From assembly GCA_002269645.1 (NCBI GenBank), contig NIVC01003683.1:1-64000 (forward strand): a stretch of DNA of 64,000 bases, written 5' to 3'. Source of the stretch: Macrostomum lignano. Lineage: Eukaryota. Within the stretch, counting starts at the first letter, position 1, and each line of letters starts with the position of its first letter. The position numbers were made by a program, and so were the translations under genes. Shown piece after piece: positions 63,253 to 64,000 of this stretch. The notes under the pieces were generated by a model. The model saw only the letters and a program-made list of their open reading frames with translations. It had not been told where the DNA came from and made no database searches.

Positions 63253-64000
63253 ATTGAAGCATCGCAACAACAACTGACAATTGGAAACAGCGGCAGCAAG
63301 AATAAAACGGTGGTGCCAACGGCCAAGCTAGATAGAAAGATTGACGGAGTTCAGTACACTGTCGAATTTGAACTCGCACCATTCGATAAGGGACAATGCA
63401 GATATGCCTTCAAAGGTGTCTACAAAGGCAACGGTCCGCTGGATGGTAAACCGTGCGTCACGAAGGTATTCATTAAAGAAGCGGCGCGGCACTACAAGAA
63501 CTACATGCCGGATGTAGAAGCAAGCCAGAAGGCCAACGAATTTGCAATGGCATTCAATTCTCGATATGCTAGCAGCAAGCCGCTGCAATTCATCGTCCCA
63601 AAGCTGGCCACGGTGAAGCAAATTCCCACAGGAGACAAATATGAGCATGCCAAGGTTGGCGACAGAATCCTGGTTGAAGACTTTATTCAAGGCAGTTATG
63701 AGAAGTTTAACAGCAACGGCGGCTGGCAAAGCGAAGAAGTGGCGGCCATCCCGACATTCTCGCACTTTACCTACTGGTTTTCTGAAAGTCAGTTCCTCGT
63801 GTGCGACATCCAGGGCGTCAGGACACCGACTGGCTACATACTCACTGACCCGGCCGTGCTGTCCAGACAGCAGGGAAAGTTCGGTCCTACCGACCTCGGT
63901 GCAACGGGTATGGCTGAATTCTTTATGAATCACCGATGCACCAGCGTGTGCAGCGAGTTCCCAACTCCGGTCTTCAACCAGGGCAAGAGAATCAACCGCG
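63253..64000 (+). CDS. Alpha-kinase (eEF2K/MHCK/ALPK family) catalytic domain, running off the right edge
   Basis: Plus-strand frame 1 (absent from the ORF track): PFDKGQCRYAF, CVTKVF, LVEDFIQGSYEKFNSNGG, FSHFTY, LVCDIQGV, LTDPA, FGPTDLG and HRCTSVC. Open from 63253, just after an in-frame TAG that doubles as an AG acceptor. Confidence 0.92.
   Translation, partial: MEASQQQLTIGNSGSKNKTVVPTAKLDRKIDGVQYTVEFELAPFDKGQCRYAFKGVYKGNGPLDGKPCVTKVFIKEAARHYKNYMPDVEASQKANEFAMAFNSRYASSKPLQFIVPKLATVKQIPTGDKYEHAKVGDRILVEDFIQGSYEKFNSNGGWQSEEVAAIPTFSHFTYWFSESQFLVCDIQGVRTPTGYILTDPAVLSRQQGKFGPTDLGATGMAEFFMNHRCTSVCSEFPTPVFNQGKRINR

Noticed and set aside
63328-63933. 201-aa minus-strand ORF
   Set aside because: Antisense shadow of the alpha-kinase, whose motifs are on the plus strand.

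Overview
Metazoan genomic DNA, not prokaryotic. GC-rich, intron-poor genes alternate with minisatellite-filled introns and AT-rich, CpG-depleted transposon graveyards. This architecture and the apparent trans-splice acceptors suggest a free-living flatworm such as Macrostomum (inference, no search run). Genes I can reconstruct: two tandem FABP genes (-), a six-exon TONSL homologue (+), a divergent syntaxin-like SNARE (+), an unrecognised four-exon Cys-cluster protein (-), an ALK1/2-type BMP type I receptor (-), an intronless RPL28 (+), MCFD2 (-), a Bcl-2-family gene (-) and an alpha-kinase running off the right edge (+). Mobile DNA: several mariner elements and fragments, MITEs, a 5'-truncated LINE interrupted by a solo LTR, and about 25 distinct tandem-repeat arrays. 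Top observations: (1) a RIP-like CpG plus CpA/TpG-to-TpA hypermutation signature in some transposon copies, while neighbouring copies are untouched; (2) three ORFs begin at a phase-0 splice acceptor with no ATG, as expected if a spliced leader supplies the initiator AUG; (3) natural substitutions at key conserved sites, namely the FOP-site Arg in the ALK2-like receptor, the zero-layer Gln in the syntaxin and NWGR in the Bcl-2 protein. All alignments were made by eye against remembered family consensus sequences.
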